Sequence record: PP400786
Source of the DNA: Escherichia phage FL12
Length of the DNA: 64,000 nt
Reading direction: 5' to 3' (one strand)
The notes below the pieces were generated by a model. The model ran no database searches. It was given only the letters and a program-made list of their open reading frames with translations, and was not told the origin of the DNA. Position numbers and translations under genes: made by a program. Positions 53,938-63,689 of this stretch are shown one piece after another. Each line of letters begins with the position of its first letter. Positions within the stretch are counted from its first letter, which is position 1.

Positions 53938-56900
53938 ATGGCTACTTTAAAACAAATACAATTTAAAAGAAGCAAAACCGCAGGTGCACGTCCTGCTGCT
54001 TCAGTATTAGCCGAAGGTGAATTGGCTATAAACTTAAAAGATAGAACAATTTTTACTAAAGATGATTCAGGAAATATCATTGATCTAGGTATTGCTAAAG
54101 GCGGCCAGGTTGATGGTGATGTGACTATCAATGGTAAATTAACATTAAATGGCGCGTATGTTCAGACGCTGGCTGGTATTAATACCACGGGTGGTATTAA
54201 TTCTGGGGCCGCTATAAGTGCAACAACTTATTATGCTCGGTCTGGTTCTTTTTATGCTCGTGCTCCAGATGCCAATGCGAATACACATATTTGGTTTGAA
54301 AATAACAATGGTATAGAACGTGGTGTGATTTGGGCTGTTCCGAACACTTCAGACCTTGGCCAGGTCAAAATTCGTGCAAAAACTACAGGTGGTGTTTTTG
54401 CCGGCGAGTACAGTTTCCGCTCTGATGGCCAATTTGAGGTTCCTGTAGCAGTTAAAATCGGCGGGGCCGCGATGCTAACCAAAGACGGTAACATTACATC
54501 GGGTTCATTGTTTGGTGGTAATCTTAATAACTATTTGAATACCATTAAAAATGACATTGTTACTGGTGATAATAAGAAAGTGAGTAAAACCGGTGACACG
54601 ATGTCCGGTAACTTGACTATTAACGCTAACTTAAAAGTCGAAAACTCTAACGGAACGTTTGTTGATTTAGGTTCAGAGAACTCTGATAAGAATAGCAGAT
54701 TAACTCTTGCTCGTAAAATTGGCGATGGCGCTGGTGTAGCAATGCTTAAAGTTACTCCTGAAGGAAACGTGCAATTTGGTTATCAACCTACAGTTGCTAC
54801 TCCATCTCCTACCAAGTATATTCTAATTAAATCTAACGGTCTTGAAGTAGAAGGGGATTTAGTTTTTAAGCAAACTTACCGTGGTGTTGAAGAAGCAGTT
54901 GATATTACTAATCAGACTATTGACCTTAATAGCCTTATTATTAGAGGATCAGATTTAGGTACTCGTAAGCTGTATAAATGCAGATCATCTGGAGGTGGTT
55001 CTAATATATTGAACAAACCTACATCTGATGGCAACTTTACTCTTGAAGTTCTGTCTTTACGCAAGGTTTCTGATACCGATTGGTCATGTAAGCAGACCTT
55101 TACTACAAAGAACAATAATGTTGTAGGCGTATATGTTCGCTACGGGCAAGTCGGCTCATGGACTGAGTGGAAAGAGGTTGTTGCTGGTGTTCAACCAATT
55201 AATTTAGGTGGTACTGGAGCAACTTCTGTAGCTGCTGCCCGTAATAACCTTGGTGTTGGTGAAGGCCAAACTGTAACATTCGGTAATTTAGTTACCAACA
55301 ATTTAAATGCAAACGGACAAGTTAAAATCGGCAGGACCGGCGATGCATTAAGAATTTGGAATGCTGAATATGGTGCTATTTTCCGTCGCTCAGAAACAGC
55401 ATTACATATTATCCCGACTCCTAAAGACGCCGGTGAAAGCGGTGGAATAAGTAATCTTCGTCCATTAAGTATCGGCCTTAATAATGGTATGGTGCAAATG
55501 CGTCATTCTGTTGAGTTAGGCGATGATGGAGCTGGCGGTAATATGATTACTGTTGATAATGATAGTAAAAATGTTGTGATAACTTCTAATGCCAGATTAA
55601 GCCCTAATTTCCGCATGCAATTAGGGCAGGCGTCGTACATTGATGCCGAATGCACTACCTCTGTTCGCCCTGCTGGAGCTGGTTCATTTGCTTCACAGAA
55701 TAATGAAAACGTTCGTGCCCCGCTCTATATGAATATTGATAGGACTGATAATAGTACTTATGTTCCTATTTTAAAACAACGTTATGTTCAAGGAAATAGC
55801 TGTTATTCTTTAGGTACTTTAATAAATAACGGTGATTTTCGTTTACATTACCATGAAGGCGGCGACGGTTCTTCGACAGGTGCAGTTATAAAAGATATTT
55901 CCTGGGAATTTAAACGTAATGGTGATTTCTATTCTCCGGGGCGTTTGCGCACTGCAAACGTTTATATCGGAACTGATGGTAACATTACAGGTGGTTCTGG
56001 TAATTTTGCCAACTTAAATACCACGTTAAACCGTAAAGTTAATGTTGGCGGTTGGGCTGGTAGTTCTTATGGTGGATGGTACAAATTTGCTACGGTAACA
56101 ATTCCTCAAGGTACTGGTACAGTAACTTTTAAGATTTCTGGTGGTGCTGGTTTTAATTTTAAAAGATATAGCCAAGCTTCTATTGCTGAGATAGTTCTTC
56201 GCACAGGTAATAATAATCCTAAAGGCATAAACGCTGTACTATGGAACAGGTCAGACCTAAGTTTTAATCAGATAGCTACTATGAATACATCTGGTGATAC
56301 TTATGATGTATACGTGTTCTGTGACGGTTATACAAATGCATTAGTGGTTGAATATTCTTGTAGTGAAAACTCTTCGGTAACTGTAGTCGGTCTTAACGGA
56401 GGCATTCAACCGGCTGTTGATGCATTGCCTGAGGGACATGTTGTAGGTAAAACAGTTCGTCTGTTAAATAATATTGGCGGAACTTTCGCAGCCGGCGAAT
56501 CTGACATTGTTACTCGTGGTGAATACGTTACTGATAATCAAAAAGGCATGCGTATTAAATCTAACGGTAATAATATCGGTTCTAATGCTGCTATACTTCG
56601 AAATGACGGCAGAAGTTTTTATATTTTAGCTACAGATAAAAATACAGCAGAAAAATCCGATGCAGCTAATGGTGATTGGAACTCATTGCGTCCTTTTACA
56701 ATAAGCATGACTACCGGTGAAGTATCAATGAATAACGGCATAACTGTTCGTAACTATGCCACATTCTATAATGATATTGTTCTCAAAGATAATGGTTATA
56801 TTCACTTTAATAAGTCTGGCAATAATCCAAGAAACATGAGTATATTCCATGCCGGAGATGCCACACGTGGTAACCGTATTGAAATTGCTGATGATTCAAG

Positions 56901-57477
56901 TTATTTAGTTTATTTTCAACGTTTACCGGGCGGCGCTAACCAGTGTACATTTAACTCTGCTGCTCTTTCTGGTATAACGCAGACTAACTCTTTTGGTGTC
57001 AATACATCAAACGCACTTGGTGGAAATAGTATAACGTTTGGTGATAATGACACTGGTATTAAGCAAAATGGTGATGGATTATTAGACATATATACGAACA
57101 GCGTACAAGTGTTCCGTTTCCAAAACGGTGATTTGTACTCATACAAAAATATAAATGCTCCAAACGTTTATATTCGTTCTGATATTCGTTTAAAATCCAA
57201 CTTTAAACCTATCGAAAATGCACTCGATAAAGTTGAAAAACTTAACGGTGTCATTTACGATAAAGCTGAATACATCGGTGGAGAGGCAATTGAAACTGAA
57301 GCGGGTATTGTGGCTCAAACGTTACAAGACGTTTTACCAGAAGCTGTCCGTGAAACAGAAGACAGTAAGGGTAATAAAATACTCACTGTTTCTTCTCAAG
57401 CCCAGATTGCTCTTCTGGTTGAAGCTGTGAAAACACTTTCTTCTCGTGTAAAAGAACTTGAATCTAAACTTATGTAA
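53938..57477 (+). CDS. 37: long tail fibre distal subunit gp37 with C-terminal intramolecular chaperone domain (T2-type)
   Basis: 1179 aa; C-terminal 98 aa starts at conserved S|DIRLK motif (57181) typical of S74-type auto-cleaving chaperone domains. Confidence 0.9.
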   Translation: MATLKQIQFKRSKTAGARPAASVLAEGELAINLKDRTIFTKDDSGNIIDLGIAKGGQVDGDVTINGKLTLNGAYVQTLAGINTTGGINSGAAISATTYYARSGSFYARAPDANANTHIWFENNNGIERGVIWAVPNTSDLGQVKIRAKTTGGVFAGEYSFRSDGQFEVPVAVKIGGAAMLTKDGNITSGSLFGGNLNNYLNTIKNDIVTGDNKKVSKTGDTMSGNLTINANLKVENSNGTFVDLGSENSDKNSRLTLARKIGDGAGVAMLKVTPEGNVQFGYQPTVATPSPTKYILIKSNGLEVEGDLVFKQTYRGVEEAVDITNQTIDLNSLIIRGSDLGTRKLYKCRSSGGGSNILNKPTSDGNFTLEVLSLRKVSDTDWSCKQTFTTKNNNVVGVYVRYGQVGSWTEWKEVVAGVQPINLGGTGATSVAAARNNLGVGEGQTVTFGNLVTNNLNANGQVKIGRTGDALRIWNAEYGAIFRRSETALHIIPTPKDAGESGGISNLRPLSIGLNNGMVQMRHSVELGDDGAGGNMITVDNDSKNVVITSNARLSPNFRMQLGQASYIDAECTTSVRPAGAGSFASQNNENVRAPLYMNIDRTDNSTYVPILKQRYVQGNSCYSLGTLINNGDFRLHYHEGGDGSSTGAVIKDISWEFKRNGDFYSPGRLRTANVYIGTDGNITGGSGNFANLNTTLNRKVNVGGWAGSSYGGWYKFATVTIPQGTGTVTFKISGGAGFNFKRYSQASIAEIVLRTGNNNPKGINAVLWNRSDLSFNQIATMNTSGDTYDVYVFCDGYTNALVVEYSCSENSSVTVVGLNGGIQPAVDALPEGHVVGKTVRLLNNIGGTFAAGESDIVTRGEYVTDNQKGMRIKSNGNNIGSNAAILRNDGRSFYILATDKNTAEKSDAANGDWNSLRPFTISMTTGEVSMNNGITVRNYATFYNDIVLKDNGYIHFNKSGNNPRNMSIFHAGDATRGNRIEIADDSSYLVYFQRLPGGANQCTFNSAALSGITQTNSFGVNTSNALGGNSITFGDNDTGIKQNGDGLLDIYTNSVQVFRFQNGDLYSYKNINAPNVYIRSDIRLKSNFKPIENALDKVEKLNGVIYDKAEYIGGEAIETEAGIVAQTLQDVLPEAVRETEDSKGNKILTVSSQAQIALLVEAVKTLSSRVKELESKLM

Positions 57478-57507
57478 AAGAGGGCTTCGGCCCTCTAAGG
57501 ATTTTTA

Positions 57508-58287
57508 ATGGCAATTGTAGGTGTTCCTGGCTGGATTGGCGAATCTGCCGTGAATGAAACCGGACAACGTTGGATGGATGCTGCGATGAGAGCTGTTCGT
57601 GTTTCAGTTCCCGGTTGGATGAGCTCAATGGCTGGACAATCTAAAGAAATTATTCACACGCTTGGAGCAGACCATAACTTCAATGGTCAATGGTTCCGAG
57701 ATAGATGTTTTGAGGCAGGTAGTACACCTATAGTGTTTAATATTACAGGTGATTTAGTATCATATTCTAAAGATGTTCCTTTATTCTTCATGTATGGAGA
57801 TACACCGAATGAATATGTTCAGTTGAATATACACGGCGTAACGATGTATGGACGTGGCGGTAATGGCGGTAGCAATAGTCCTGGCTCAGCTGGAGGTCAT
57901 TGTATTCAAAACGATATTGGTGGGAGACTAAGAATTAATAATGGTGGAGCTATTGCAGGCGGCGGCGGCGGCGGCGGCGGCGGTAACAGGGGTAGACTAG
58001 TATTTGGTGGCGGCGGTGGTCGTCCATTTGGTGCTGGTGGGTCTTCCTCTCATATGAGTGCTGGTGCAACCGCTGGCACCATTTACGCTCCGGGTGCAGG
58101 ATCTGTCGGTGAGGGGTCTCTTAGTGCATATACAGGCGGGTCTGGTGGTGAAGTTGGCTCCGCAGGAGGTAGATGTAATACTCACGGTGCCGGTACAGAA
58201 TATAACGGCGGTGCTGCCGGTTATGCCGTCATAGGATCTACACCGACATGGCAAAACGTTGGAGCAATATATGGTCCAAGAGTATAA
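57508..58287 (+). CDS. 38: tail fibre tip adhesin gp38 (T2-type, glycine-rich motifs)
   Basis: 259 aa with poly-Gly/Gly-rich motifs separated by variable segments; located after gene 37 and before holin t. Confidence 0.88.
   Translation: MAIVGVPGWIGESAVNETGQRWMDAAMRAVRVSVPGWMSSMAGQSKEIIHTLGADHNFNGQWFRDRCFEAGSTPIVFNITGDLVSYSKDVPLFFMYGDTPNEYVQLNIHGVTMYGRGGNGGSNSPGSAGGHCIQNDIGGRLRINNGGAIAGGGGGGGGGNRGRLVFGGGGGRPFGAGGSSSHMSAGATAGTIYAPGAGSVGEGSLSAYTGGSGGEVGSAGGRCNTHGAGTEYNGGAAGYAVIGSTPTWQNVGAIYGPRV
57958..57984 (+). repeat. (GGC)8-GGT trinucleotide repeat encoding a 9-Gly run in gp38
   Basis: ggcggcggcggcggcggcggcggcggt read directly. Confidence 0.9.
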
Positions 58288-58317
58288 TTTGAATAAATAT
58301 CCTTAAAAGGAGGGTCT

Positions 58318-58974
58318 ATGGCAGCACCTAGAATATCATTTTCGCCCTCTGATATTCTATTTGGTGTTCTAGATCGCTTGTTCAAAGATAACGCTACCGG
58401 GAAGGTTCTTGCTTCCCGAGTAGCTGTCGTAATTCTTTTGTTTATAATGGCGATTGTTTGGTATAGGGGAGATAGTTTCTTTGAGTACTATAAGCAATCA
58501 AAGTATGAAACATACAGTGAAATTATTGAAAAGGAAAGAAATGCACGCTTTGAATCTGTCGCCCTGGAACAACTCCAGATAGTTCATATATCATCTGAGG
58601 CAGACTTTAGTGCGGTGTATTCTTTCCGCCCTAAAAACTTAAACTATTTTGTTGATATTATAGCATACGAAGGAAAATTACCTTCGACAATAAGTGAAAA
58701 ATCACTTGGAGGATATCCTGTTGATAAAACTATGGATGAATATACAGTTCATTTAAATGGACGTCATTATTATTCCAACTCAAAATTTGCTTTTTTACCA
58801 ACTAAAAAGCCTACTCCCGAAATAAACTACATGTACAGTTGTCCATATTTTAATTTGGATAATATCTATGCTGGAACAATAACAATGTACTGGTATAGAA
58901 ATGATCATATAAGTAATGACCGCCTTGAATCAATATGTGCTCAGGCGGCCAGAATATTAGGAAGGGCTAAATAA
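58318..58974 (+). CDS. t: holin T
   Basis: 218 aa; N-terminal transmembrane segment and large periplasmic domain; T4 holin length. Confidence 0.93.
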   Translation: MAAPRISFSPSDILFGVLDRLFKDNATGKVLASRVAVVILLFIMAIVWYRGDSFFEYYKQSKYETYSEIIEKERNARFESVALEQLQIVHISSEADFSAVYSFRPKNLNYFVDIIAYEGKLPSTISEKSLGGYPVDKTMDEYTVHLNGRHYYSNSKFAFLPTKKPTPEINYMYSCPYFNLDNIYAGTITMYWYRNDHISNDRLESICAQAARILGRAK

Positions 58975-59247
58975 TTATTTGTTCGTATACATCTCTAGAT
59001 ATCGATATACACCCTCAAAACCCTCGTTGAATTCGTCGATGAGGGTTTTCTTATCTTTTTGAGTTAATTCAGAAACAATTTTACGGAATGAATTCTGATT
59101 TAATTTTCTACCTTCATGCGTTACTCCAATCTCATTCAGAAATGCAATAAAATTAGCACGATTTTCAACAATATCTTCTCTGGAAAATTTAATCAAAATA
59201 GACGCAACAGTAATAATTTCACGAACTGTATCAATATTTTTATTCAT
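58975..59247 (-). CDS. asiA: anti-sigma70 factor AsiA
   Basis: 90 aa, MNKNIDTVREIITVASILIKFSRED recognised as AsiA. Confidence 0.92.
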   Translation of the reverse strand: MNKNIDTVREIITVASILIKFSREDIVENRANFIAFLNEIGVTHEGRKLNQNSFRKIVSELTQKDKKTLIDEFNEGFEGVYRYLEMYTNK

Positions 59248-59256
59248 TAACTATAC

Positions 59257-59412
59257 CACTCAATTAGTTGACTTTGTTATAATATCATCAGACGCTTGAT
59301 TTGTAAACTGGTCTGTGTTATTTTCTTCAAAAATTTTTTCTACGAATTCTTTGAACGACTCACGTTCCTGAGCTACATTATGCTCGATTACCTTTTCAAG
59401 ATTATGACTCAT
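59257..59412 (-). CDS. hypothetical small acidic protein, 51 aa (absent from ORF track)
   Basis: ATG overlaps arn stop (ATGA); MSHNLEKVIEHNVAQERESF... Confidence 0.45.
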
Positions 59413-59687
59413 TCAAAATAATCTTCAATTTCGTAATCATGGACATAAATCATTATAGTTTTTAATACATCATCAATACTTTTTCCTGGAGCTGGAATTA
59501 CGTAAAAATATCCTGCTTTTGAGAGGTCTTTATAAGTTCCAACCAAGAAATCATTATTCTCGAGATGTAGTTCTTCAACTAATTCATTAACAATTGAGTG
59601 GTATAAATTTGGTAGAAACTTATATAGCTTTTCTAGAATATCAATTTTGATTGTGTATTGAACCACAGATTGAGAATCAATAATCAT
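59409..59687 (-). CDS. arn: Arn, anti-restriction protein (inhibitor of McrBC)
   Basis: 92 aa, highly acidic, position upstream of asiA. Confidence 0.85.
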   Translation of the reverse strand: MIIDSQSVVQYTIKIDILEKLYKFLPNLYHSIVNELVEELHLENNDFLVGTYKDLSKAGYFYVIPAPGKSIDDVLKTIMIYVHDYEIEDYFE

Positions 59688-59770
59688 AGACCTTCCCCTT
59701 ATGTTTCTGTTTGCGATTAGATTCTTTAAACGCTTTCTTCTTATCCTTATGGACAGAAGCTTTATTAAAA

Positions 59771-59989
59771 TTATGTTTTGCGACTAAATTGTTCATAGTG
59801 CTGAATTACCTCTCTCAAACATTTGCATGTGAATGAAAACTTTTTAGCTACACCACATTCAAATATATGTTCTCTTAAATCACGTGTATCAGTATATCCC
59901 ATCTCAACGATAAAATGCCGTATTAGATTTTTATCTTTATCATTGAGAGAATTAAAATAATCGGATTTTGAATTAATTTCCCTGGCCAA
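59771..59989 (-). CDS. hypothetical protein
   Basis: 72-aa ORF. Confidence 0.55.
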   Translation of the reverse strand: MAREINSKSDYFNSLNDKDKNLIRHFIVEMGYTDTRDLREHIFECGVAKKFSFTCKCLREVIQHYEQFSRKT

Positions 59990-60269
59990 ATTGAATCACC
60001 TTCAGTTGACGTTTTAGCTCTTTTATCATCTCTTCGTTCATCGCAATATAAAGATCGCGTAAAGCAGGTTTTAGCATTCCATTTACTGGAGAACTAAATG
60101 GACATACATAATCTTTTCCTACGAGCTTTTTAGTGAATTCCATATCACAGAACTGAAATGCCGGTTCATTAGCATAAATTCCCCAATTAGTTGACATCAT
60201 TTTATTGGCATATTCTAGTGCCTGGATTTGATTCATAATTCCATCAATTTGAAACTTTTTAATATTCAT
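59973..60269 (-). CDS. hypothetical protein
   Basis: 98-aa ORF. Confidence 0.55.
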   Translation of the reverse strand: MNIKKFQIDGIMNQIQALEYANKMMSTNWGIYANEPAFQFCDMEFTKKLVGKDYVCPFSSPVNGMLKPALRDLYIAMNEEMIKELKRQLKVIQFGQGN

Positions 60270-60730
60270 TAGTAAAGGTCCTCAGAGTAAAGTTCTTTTT
60301 CACTACCACCACGTTCAATACGTACTTGTCCAGCGTAAGTTGCAATAATCATTGCTTCTTCACGTGTCCAATAATTACTATATTGGTCAATAAACCCTTG
60401 GTCATCATCACAAACTTGTTGAGTAACTAATTGAGGTTTAACTACATCTAAAACTTCTGCCATATCTTTAGAATAATGACGAGCACCTGGAATAACAAGA
60501 GTTCGTCCATCTTTTAATTTAAAACGGTTGGCTGCGCAAACAATTCGTCGTTGATACTTTTGGTTTTCATCCCAGTATGCAGACTGCCAACAGATTTCAG
60601 GAACTTCATCTAAAACATTTTGTTCTGTGTATTCACCACTGTAAGAAGCTAATTTAGCCGCCAAACTTTCTGGAGTCTCACGTGACAAAGCTTTATCTAA
60701 CAGAGCTAAACGTTCTTTAAAAGTTTTCAT
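60269..60730 (-). CDS. hypothetical protein
   Basis: 153-aa ORF, ATGA overlap with upstream ORF. Confidence 0.6.
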   Translation of the reverse strand: MKTFKERLALLDKALSRETPESLAAKLASYSGEYTEQNVLDEVPEICWQSAYWDENQKYQRRIVCAANRFKLKDGRTLVIPGARHYSKDMAEVLDVVKPQLVTQQVCDDDQGFIDQYSNYWTREEAMIIATYAGQVRIERGGSEKELYSEDLY

Positions 60731-61056
60731 TTAAACCATCCTTTAATACGCCGCCACAAAGTTTTCTGTTGAGCTTTGTTAACACCAATTGAGCGAATAA
60801 CTGGTTGAGATTCCTGGAATTCTTTATAATCAGCAAGGTAAATTTCGTAAGCTGAATCCGTAAAGGAACTTATCGCTGCCATAAAATTATTGCGAATACC
60901 TACTGGAGCATCTTTACTTTCACGAATAATCATGTATTTACCAGTCTTAATCTTTACGATAGTTCCAAGATAAGCTCCGTGGTACCAAATATCCCAACCC
61001 TCTTGAGTAGGTTCTGCGCAACGACGGAGTTCATTAACAATTTCTAACTTGTTCAT
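60727..61056 (-). CDS. hypothetical protein
   Basis: 109-aa ORF. Confidence 0.6.
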   Translation of the reverse strand: MNKLEIVNELRRCAEPTQEGWDIWYHGAYLGTIVKIKTGKYMIIRESKDAPVGIRNNFMAAISSFTDSAYEIYLADYKEFQESQPVIRSIGVNKAQQKTLWRRIKGWFK

Positions 61057-61066
61057 TATTTATTCC

Positions 61067-61702
61067 TCACAGTTCAGATGCTACAGTGATTACGGCTTCA
61101 ATGTTTTCTGCCGAGCGTTTAATGTCAAGATACACATTACCGTTTTTAGCGATTTTACATGACATTCCGATGTCAGTAAATTTCTGAATATGATGTTCCA
61201 TCATTTTGTATCCAAAAATTCGCATATTTCCATTGTTGTTAATTTCAAAATTACGAATTCCGTTAGTGCGTTTTTCTAAAATAGCAAGATAATTACTACG
61301 ATAAATTTCAACCTTTTTAAGAACAAATCCATTTTTATCTAAAAGTTTTAACACGAAGTCTTTATCTTCTTCCATATCGGAAGTAATCTCGCGAGCTTTA
61401 CGAGTTGCTCGTTTTTTCAGTAGTTCCGGAGCATTTTCCTGTGCGTATAAAGTAGCTGCATTTGAAATAATATCCTGGGCTTCACCTGTAATGATTAATC
61501 CATCACCAGATTTCTCCACCAGGCCTTTTTTGATCAATACCCCAATATTACTATTAACTACTGCGTTACCTAAATCTGGATGCACCTCACGAACTTCTGC
61601 AGCTGTAATGAAATCTTTCTTAGCAATGGTAATTAAAATCACAGCAGTTTTTTCATTCAGAACATCGTTAGAAGCTTTGATGATGTAAGTTACTTTAGAC
61701 AT
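61067..61702 (-). CDS. motA: middle transcription activator MotA
   Basis: 211 aa, T4 MotA length; follows an early promoter. Confidence 0.92.
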   Translation of the reverse strand: MSKVTYIIKASNDVLNEKTAVILITIAKKDFITAAEVREVHPDLGNAVVNSNIGVLIKKGLVEKSGDGLIITGEAQDIISNAATLYAQENAPELLKKRATRKAREITSDMEEDKDFVLKLLDKNGFVLKKVEIYRSNYLAILEKRTNGIRNFEINNNGNMRIFGYKMMEHHIQKFTDIGMSCKIAKNGNVYLDIKRSAENIEAVITVASEL

Positions 61703-61743
61703 TTTCTAATCTCCGTAATTCTGTATCAGTAGTTGATAGTTGT

Positions 61744-61773
61744 ATAGTACCACAGTATGCTTTGGTTGTAAAC
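61744..61773 (-). promoter_or_regulatory. sigma70-like early promoter (TTTACA-17-TACTAT) for motA
   Basis: Same module as at 44806-44835, including upstream A/T-rich element. Confidence 0.55.
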
Positions 61774-61795
61774 CGTTTTGTGAAAAAAATTTTTG

Positions 61796-61825
61796 AAATA
61801 AAAAAGGGAGAGCCGAGGCTCTCCC
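61796..61825 (-). terminator. rho-independent terminator upstream of the motA promoter
   Basis: GGGAGAGCCTCGGCTCTCCC hairpin followed by TTTTTTATTT on minus strand. Confidence 0.7.
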
Positions 61826-61830
61826 TAAAA

Positions 61831-61980
61831 TTACTGCATGACAGTTATCACAGTCATGATAACACGTTGAATTCCGAACGCAAGAAGACCTCCTGCTATG
61901 GCTGGAACAACGCCTAAACCCGCCAGTAAAATGCTACCAGATACTAATGCAGCGCTTGTAATACCTATGAATGGACTCAT
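61831..61980 (-). CDS. small hydrophobic membrane peptide, 49 aa (absent from ORF track)
   Basis: ATG overlaps gene 52 stop (ATGA); MSPFIGITSAALVSGSILLAGLGVVPAIAGGLLAFG... Confidence 0.5.
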   Translation of the reverse strand: MSPFIGITSAALVSGSILLAGLGVVPAIAGGLLAFGIQRVIMTVITVMQ

Positions 61981-63305
61981 TTGATTTCCTCTAAATCTTT
62001 AGTGTATTCTGTAACTACATCAGTAGTTTTCCAATATTCGTTTTCTTCTTTTTTAGCTTTAGCTTCTTCAGCAAGTTTCTTTGCTTCGTCGGAAGTCATA
62101 TGAAAAATATTCATACCAACTAGTTTATCAACATAAGAAGAATACATATCGATTTTCGAAAGTTCTTCGGTCAGTTCTTTACGAGTTTTACCCTGCACAA
62201 CGATTTCACCTGAAATTACTTTCTTAATGAAATGCGCCTTGGCAAAGGCTAAACGAAAAGCTGATTCAGTTTCTTTAATTTTGTTATCAATTCGTTTTTG
62301 AACATAAGTTTTACGAACTTCAACAAAGTCTTTAATTAAATCAACTACGTTATCGTAAACTTGTAGTTTTCCTTTCTCATTAATAACCGTAATATTCTGA
62401 GAACGACGCTCAATCAACCCGAAGTCTTTCATGATTTTTGCATGGCGTTCTTCTTCATTATCACTCAAAGAGTATTCTTTGCGGAATTTAATTTTAAAGC
62501 CAAAACCATGCTCACCACAAGCATCATCCCATGTAATGAAGCCTTTATCTTCAAGCGGGTCTAAGATTTTACTCACATAAGTTTCACGATCATACTTATA
62601 TGGAATCTCAGTGATATGCATTTGAGTTCGTGAAGTAAACTTATATGTTCCACGAATTTCATACTGCCCATCAATTTCAACGACTTCACCACGAAATTCT
62701 GGGAATTCTACCTTCGGTTTAGTTACTTTCTTTCCTTGAAGAGCTTGTAATACAGCTTTCTTAACAGAAGAAACACTATGAGGAAGAATGTAAGTTGCAT
62801 AACCAGTTGCAATACCGGAAACGCCATTAAGAAGAACAGTAGGAATAACAGGCAAATAGAAAGCAGGCGGAATGTGTTCTTTATCTTGATGTACCGGAGC
62901 ATATTCAGTATCTTTATATACGTTATAGAAATTTTTACTTACACGAGCAAAAATATAACGACTTGCTGCTGCTTTTTGAACGGTACGAGAACCAAAGTTT
63001 CCTTGACCATCTAACAGAGGAAAGTTATTATTCCAAGTGTTAGCCATCAAAGCACCTGCGTCTTGCGCAGAGTTTTCACCGTGATGATATCCAAGGTCCG
63101 CTACACCACCTGCAATAGAAGCGAGTTTGTGAAACTTATCTTTATTTCCCCGTGCCAAATCAAGAGCTCGAGCAATAACAAATCGTTGAACTGGCTTAAA
63201 TCCATCAATCATATTTGGGATAGCACGATTTTCAACCGTGTACATAGCATAAGCCAATGCTTCATTATCAATGATACTTTTTAAATCGCGATTATTCAGT
63301 TGCAT
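61977..63305 (-). CDS. 52: DNA topoisomerase II medium subunit gp52
   Basis: 442 aa, GyrA-like breakage-reunion domain; T4 gp52 length. Confidence 0.93.
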   Translation of the reverse strand: MQLNNRDLKSIIDNEALAYAMYTVENRAIPNMIDGFKPVQRFVIARALDLARGNKDKFHKLASIAGGVADLGYHHGENSAQDAGALMANTWNNNFPLLDGQGNFGSRTVQKAAASRYIFARVSKNFYNVYKDTEYAPVHQDKEHIPPAFYLPVIPTVLLNGVSGIATGYATYILPHSVSSVKKAVLQALQGKKVTKPKVEFPEFRGEVVEIDGQYEIRGTYKFTSRTQMHITEIPYKYDRETYVSKILDPLEDKGFITWDDACGEHGFGFKIKFRKEYSLSDNEEERHAKIMKDFGLIERRSQNITVINEKGKLQVYDNVVDLIKDFVEVRKTYVQKRIDNKIKETESAFRLAFAKAHFIKKVISGEIVVQGKTRKELTEELSKIDMYSSYVDKLVGMNIFHMTSDEAKKLAEEAKAKKEENEYWKTTDVVTEYTKDLEEIK

Positions 63306-63309
63306 AAAT

Positions 63310-63450
63310 TTACCATACTAGTGAATGTAGTGCCATAATAACATCAGAAATGAAAAGCACGACTTGAATTAATCCGAACATTACTCCATAATATAGTGCT
63401 ACCAATAAAGTAGCAAGGGCTAATGAATAGCCCAAGATTTTCTTAATCAT
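63310..63450 (-). CDS. small hydrophobic peptide, 46 aa
   Basis: MIKKILGYSLALATLLVALYYGVMFGLIQVVLF...; minus-strand ORF not in track. Confidence 0.45.
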   Translation of the reverse strand: MIKKILGYSLALATLLVALYYGVMFGLIQVVLFISDVIMALHSLVW

Positions 63451-63601
63451 TGGTAGATAACAACACAAATGTTAAATATGCACACATACCCTGGGCTAAA
63501 GCTTGTGAAAACACACTGCTAGCATCGATACAGATAGTTAAAACACATGCTACTATCCAACAAATAAATGAAATAACTCCTAATAGTTTTGCAATATTCA
63601 T
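63446..63601 (-). CDS. ac: small membrane protein, 51 aa, candidate Ac (acridine sensitivity)
   Basis: MNIAKLLGVISFICWIVACVLTICID...; length and position (between 52 and stp) match T4 ac; GAGGAAAA Shine-Dalgarno. Confidence 0.5.
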
Positions 63602-63608
63602 ATTTTCC

Positions 63609-63689
63609 TCACTGGCGTCCGAAGACGCCTTTAGTTTTAAGATTATTACGATAGAACTGCATCACATGTTCGTTGTGGAAATTACTCAT
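63609..63689 (-). CDS. stp: Stp peptide (26 aa), activator of the host PrrC anticodon nuclease
   Basis: Minus strand encodes [26 protein letters not shown], recognised as T4 Stp; absent from ORF track (<60 aa). Confidence 0.85.

Noticed and set aside
57997-58254. Minus-strand 85-aa ORF in the gp38 region
   Set aside because: Antisense to the Gly-rich (GGN-repeat) coding sequence of gp38; a compositional artefact.
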